Positions 60,150 to 64,000 of a stretch of DNA of 64,000 nt are shown here, in pieces. Source of the stretch: Longimicrobiales bacterium (GTDB lineage Bacteria > Gemmatimonadota > Gemmatimonadetes > Longimicrobiales > Gaopeijiaceae); contig OZ220732.1 of assembly GCA_965116905.1 (NCBI GenBank), positions 3,776,001 to 3,840,000 on the forward strand, written 5' to 3'. The first letter of the stretch is position 1. Each line of letters begins with the position of its first letter. The notes beneath the pieces were generated by a model that saw nothing but the letters and a program-made list of their open reading frames with translations, was not told where the DNA came from and made no database searches. The position numbers and the translations under genes were made by a program.

Positions 60150-60176
60150 GCTTCCTCCCGACACGCTTCCTCCTGA
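60147..60176 (-). repeat. 15-bp tandem duplication of the feoA RBS and GTG start
   Basis: Minus strand TCAGGAGGAAGCGTG TCGGGAGGAAGCGTG. Confidence 0.8.
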
Positions 60177-60238
60177 CGGCACACGGACGAACGACCCGTT
60201 TTCGGGGCCCCAAAGATGCTTCGGTGGGAACCGTTGAG

Positions 60239-60257
60239 ATTGAAACTGATTCTCAAC
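60239..60257. promoter_or_regulatory. Fur-family-like operator upstream of feoAB
   Basis: ATTGAAACTGATTCTCAAC, 7-1-7 TGAAACT-G-ATTCTCA, nested in TTGAGA...TCTCAA; upstream of an iron transporter. Confidence 0.72.
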
Positions 60258-60349
60258 CGGTCCCGCACGGTATTAGAGTAAGGTGGTGTTCGGGAAATGG
60301 AAAGCCCGCGTCGCTTCCCGGACCTACACGACCTGCCAGGAGCCAGGGC

Positions 60350-60967
60350 TTGGACGACCCCTATCCGGTGCCGCGCGCCACTGCACGGTTCGAGGAAGTG
60401 ATCCGGCGCAGCCGCTTCGTCACCCATGTGGGACGTGCGGATTCGCGCGAGTCCGCGCTCCGGTTCGTCCAGTCCGTGAGAGACCGGTTGCCGGGGGCGA
60501 CCCACTACTGCTGGGCGTTCAATGCAGGGCCTCCCGGCTCCACCGCCCAGGTCGGGGCCAGCGACGACGGCGAGCCGCGTGGCACGGCGGGCAGGCCCAT
60601 GCTCACGGCCGTGTTGCACTCCGGGTTGGGCGAGGTGGTCGTCGTCTGCGCCCGCTACTACGGCGGAGTGAAGCTAGGCATGGGCGGGCTCGCCCGTGCC
60701 TACGCGAGCGGCGCGAAGGTTGCCCTCGCGGCCTGCCCCACCGAGCGGCAGGTGGACCGCGTTCCGGTCGTGGTCACCGTCCCCTACGAGGCGTCCGGCA
60801 GGATCGAGCCCATCCTCCGCGACCTGGATGCAAAGATCCTCGCCCGGGAGTTCGGAGCCGACGTTCTCTATCGGATCCGGATACCGGCGGTCAGCCGGTC
60901 AGACCTGTCTGCGACTGTCGCGGGCGCAACAGGGGGCCGTGGGCGCGTAGAAGACTCCCACGAATAG
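60350..60967 (+). CDS. IMPACT/YigZ family protein
   Basis: IRRSRF, ATHYCWA, SDDGEPRGTAGRPML, RYYGGVKLGMGGLARAY; TTG start inferred. Confidence 0.9.
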   Translation: MDDPYPVPRATARFEEVIRRSRFVTHVGRADSRESALRFVQSVRDRLPGATHYCWAFNAGPPGSTAQVGASDDGEPRGTAGRPMLTAVLHSGLGEVVVVCARYYGGVKLGMGGLARAYASGAKVALAACPTERQVDRVPVVVTVPYEASGRIEPILRDLDAKILAREFGADVLYRIRIPAVSRSDLSATVAGATGGRGRVEDSHE

Positions 60968-61127
60968 CAGAAACCCGGCGACCGGAAATCGGTCCGGTCG
61001 CGCGCGGGGATGCAGGCGCGCGGATACGGCCTGCGTTGCTCCAGCCGAAAAGGCTGGTCAGATGGCGCCTGCGGACGCGGCGCCGGCCCGTGTGGTCAGG
61101 GGCCGACGCCGCGAATCCACCAGTGGT

Positions 61128-61337
61128 CTATTCCACTCGAACGACGTTTTCGGCCGCCGGCCCCTTCGCGCCGTCGACCACATCGAATTCGACTTTTTCG
61201 CCCTCGGCAAGGCTTCTGAAGCCATCGGCCTGGATGGCGGAGAAATGGACGAAGCAATCCTGTCCATTGTCGGCTCTGGAAATGAAGCCAAAGCCCTTTT
61301 GGTCGTTGAACCATTTGACGGTTCCCTGCATACGCAC
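61128..61337 (-). CDS. Cold-shock protein (CspA family)
   Basis: [45 protein letters not shown]. Confidence 0.95.
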   Translation of the reverse strand: MRMQGTVKWFNDQKGFGFISRADNGQDCFVHFSAIQADGFRSLAEGEKVEFDVVDGAKGPAAENVVRVE

Positions 61338-61514
61338 GTTGCTGCTCTCCCTCATGTCGCGGGGCAGTCTGCTGATCCCGGGACCGGCTACACAAACATC
61401 GTGTGGCTACGGCGGGATACTGCGGAAAGAAAGATGACGGGCTTCCTCTGTCGAGGTCTCGCCCTTCGTGGATGGTACTGACCGTGCAGACTTGCTCCTG
61501 ATTGGTAAGGGCGA

Positions 61515-61543
61515 AAACTGACAGCAAATGTCGCCGGGGTCAA
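61515..61543 (-). promoter_or_regulatory. Candidate csp promoter
   Basis: Minus strand TTGACC-17 bp (ending TGt)-CAGTTT, implying a 5' UTR of about 170 nt. Confidence 0.45.
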
Positions 61544-61614
61544 CATCCCGGCGAACGGCAGCCCTCCTGGAGTCGTGCGCGGGGGGCCCGTTCCCCCTGG
61601 CATTCCACGAGCCG

Positions 61615-62247
61615 CTACACCGGGATTCCGGCCGCCCGAAGCGCCAGTGCGGTTGCGAGCGGCACCACCAGATTGTCGTCCAGACCCGTCGGAAGCACCT
61701 CGAGGGTCGCGGCCGCCGCCGCGGCGAAAAGCGCCGCCGTCCATCCGACGATCGGTGTCAACACGGCGGCGGCAACGAGGAAGAACACGCACGTGCCTTC
61801 CCACGTGCCCTTCCCCAACGGGCGCTTCCCCCACAGGCGCCCGGTCACGCTCGCCGCCGGATCGGCGAACGCGAGCACCAGAATCGCGGGCACGAACAGC
61901 TGCGGCGCCGCCAGCAGCACAGCCAGCGCGCCGACCAGGAACCACGTCGAGGATGCGACCCGGTCGGCTTCCCGCGGAGAAGCGAGGCGCGAGAACAGGC
62001 GGAAGAAGGCCGTGTTCGCCTCGGCCGAGCGCAGGCGCAGCCGATCCAGGATCAGGGCTGCGGCCAGGGCGCCGCCGATACAGGTCACTGCCGCCGTCGA
62101 CTCGGCGCCCACGACGTGGACGAACACGGCGAGGGTGACACCGCCGGCCGAGTGGAACAGGCGCCGCCACGGCTGGACGCCCCGGGTCGCACCTACCGCG
62201 GCCTCAAGTCGGGCGTCGCCGCGATCACCGCCGTGTGCGGGTTTCAC
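61615..62247 (-). CDS. Diacylglycerol/polyprenol (dolichol/phytol) kinase family membrane protein
   Basis: RRLFH, ADPAASVTGRLWG, GKGTWEG, DDNLVVP; start approximate. Confidence 0.82.
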   Translation of the reverse strand: MKPAHGGDRGDARLEAAVGATRGVQPWRRLFHSAGGVTLAVFVHVVGAESTAAVTCIGGALAAALILDRLRLRSAEANTAFFRLFSRLASPREADRVASSTWFLVGALAVLLAAPQLFVPAILVLAFADPAASVTGRLWGKRPLGKGTWEGTCVFFLVAAAVLTPIVGWTAALFAAAAAATLEVLPTGLDDNLVVPLATALALRAAGIPV

Positions 62248-62275
62248 CGCCAGTCTGCCGGCGCCGGACGCGTGG

Positions 62276-64000
62276 CTAGCGCCGGGGGCGCCTTCCCGGG
62301 TCCCTCGCGCTGCCGCCGATGGGGTCACCGGGGGGAAGCGTTAGCGACGGGCCCGGCGTCGTGTTTTCGATCCGATCCTGCCAGCGGCGAATGTCCGCCG
62401 CGACCAGTCGCTCGTGCGGCGACGGATCCACCGCGGCCTCCAGCCGCCCCGCCAATCCGGCGAGCCGGTCCGACAGCACGGCCCGCGCCTCCGTCATGGT
62501 GTTGGCGCTCCCGGCCTCCTGCATCATGCGGTCGACCACGGCGCGCTGAATGGCGTGCTGCACCCGGCGGCGGTACTCGTTGCCCTCGCGGGGAGCGCCC
62601 CAGGTCGCCGCGACCAGCCGGTCGGCCACCTCTTCCAGATCCGGGTAGTCGCCCATGCTGCCATAGACGACCAGGCGCGCCATCCGCGCCGGGTGCAGGA
62701 TTTCGCCGACCGTGAAGTCGGCGGCCGCCTCGGCAGCGCCCAGCGGGTCGAAGAGCAGCTCCGTGTGGCCCGCGAAGACCTCGCCCTCCTCGTAGCGGAA
62801 CGCCGGCGGGGGAATCATCCCGACCACCTCCTCCGGCAGCGCCAGGAAGTCGACGGTGAGCGCCGAGAGGATGGTCTCCAGCGCATCCCGCTGCTCTTCA
62901 CCGGGTACGATGGTGACCGGTGTCTGGCCGTCGCCCTTCACCGCGTAGGCGTAGTCGGCACCGCCCAGCGACTGCGCCGCGGCGCGAAGCTGGAACCGGT
63001 GGTGCATGTACAGGGGCAGCAGCACGAACTCGAGGTCCGAGAGGGGCCGGCCGGTGCGGATCATCGAAGTCCCGAAGTTCTCCATTCCGATATTGCGCAC
63101 CCGGATTTCATGCTTGAGGTGGTCCACCAGGTTCGCGCCGTTGTCCCAGACGCCCGCGTAGGGGTGTCCGGCCCCGATGAAGTTGTTGTTGGAGTGGGCC
63201 ATGAAGATCAGCCCGTCACGGATGCCCTGCATGACGATCTCTTCGAGCGCCGCGGCTTCGTCGGTCCCCTCCGGAAACTCCCGGTAGAGCCAGTTGACCG
63301 AGAGCTTGTCGTATTCGCCGATCCGCTGCACGTAGGCATTGGACAGATCCAGGTTGCCGTTGCCGTCGATTTCGACATACGGCGCGGGATAGTCCATCAC
63401 GCTCTCGCGCCCGTAGGTGCTGGAGAGGTAGTTGTGGGGGAATCCGATGGTATGGCCGACCTCGTGCGCGGACAGCTGGCGGACGCGCGCCAGCGCCATC
63501 TCTACGGCGTCCGAGTTTTCGGACACCTGGGCCAGGTACTCGAAGTCGGGAGCCGCCGCGAGGAGGCACGCCGCGCCGTGGCCCGAATGGTCGCCGGCTC
63601 CCCACCACAATCCGCCGGCGGCTGGCTGACCGTCCTGCCCGCCACCCCCGACGGTGCCCGCGAACGGCGCGACCATCCCCTGACCGTGCAGGTAGTCCTG
63701 CCTCAGTCTGAGGCTGCCGAGGTTGACCACGCCCCGGATGATCTCACCCGTGCGCGGATCGGTGACGGTGTTGCCGTAGGAGTATCCCCGGGTCCGCCTG
63801 TGGGTCCAGTGGATCATGTTGTAGCGGATATCCTGCGGATCGATCCCCTCCGGCAGGACCTCGACGCGGTAGGCGTCGATGAACCCGGCGGCCTCGAAGG
63901 CTTCCTCCCACCAGGCGGCTCCGTCGACCAGCGCGCTGCGAATGGGTTCGGGGGTGCCGGGGTCCACGTAATAGACGATCGGCTCCACGGGCTCGGAGGG
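62276..64000 (-). CDS. Zinc-dependent metalloprotease (EcxA/DUF4953 Met-zincin-like); 5' part outside the window
   Basis: EPIVYYVDP, AFEAAGF, DPRTGEII, AHEVGHTIGFPHN, SVMDY. Confidence 0.9.
   Translation of the reverse strand, partial: PSEPVEPIVYYVDPGTPEPIRSALVDGAAWWEEAFEAAGFIDAYRVEVLPEGIDPQDIRYNMIHWTHRRTRGYSYGNTVTDPRTGEIIRGVVNLGSLRLRQDYLHGQGMVAPFAGTVGGGGQDGQPAAGGLWWGAGDHSGHGAACLLAAAPDFEYLAQVSENSDAVEMALARVRQLSAHEVGHTIGFPHNYLSSTYGRESVMDYPAPYVEIDGNGNLDLSNAYVQRIGEYDKLSVNWLYREFPEGTDEAAALEEIVMQGIRDGLIFMAHSNNNFIGAGHPYAGVWDNGANLVDHLKHEIRVRNIGMENFGTSMIRTGRPLSDLEFVLLPLYMHHRFQLRAAAQSLGGADYAYAVKGDGQTPVTIVPGEEQRDALETILSALTVDFLALPEEVVGMIPPPAFRYEEGEVFAGHTELLFDPLGAAEAAADFTVGEILHPARMARLVVYGSMGDYPDLEEVADRLVAATWGAPREGNEYRRRVQHAIQRAVVDRMMQEAGSANTMTEARAVLSDRLAGLAGRLEAAVDPSPHERLVAADIRRWQDRIENTTPGPSLTLPPGDPIGGSARDPGRRPRR

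Overview
A high-GC bacterial chromosome segment with about 55 real CDSs; most long ORFs in the six-frame track are antisense or off-frame shadows. The gene content includes VPS10/BNR propellers, 6-bladed propeller paralogues, SusC/SusD, barrel-less carboxypeptidase-regulatory/plug proteins, an Ig+LRR+metallopeptidase lipoprotein and many exported hydrolases. It resembles Gemmatimonadota (Longimicrobiales-like), possibly a marine host-associated lineage; this is inference only. I saw no integrase, transposase, CRISPR array or rRNA. Main points: (1) an intact tRNA-Ala(TGC) and a degenerate copy of the whole promoter-leader-tRNA cassette flank an exported SurE gene, and the copy keeps its acceptor stem and T-arm intact; (2) the same Fur-family-like box lies upstream of feoAB and of an uncharacterised HhH-repeat lipoprotein + PepSY-TM operon, a candidate new iron-uptake module; (3) a trypsin-like protease is followed by a stand-alone copy of its own N-terminal domain; (4) four Zn-ribbon-free ribosomal proteins cluster with folE2, a coupled MazG-like gene and mog; (5) a PAL-like NHL protein heads an operon with a constant-N/variable-C paralogue array; (6) short diverged tandem duplications recur at gene junctions; (7) one large gene is frameshifted and there is a PIN-toxin remnant. 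All family calls come from motif recognition by eye, not database searches, and start codons are best estimates.
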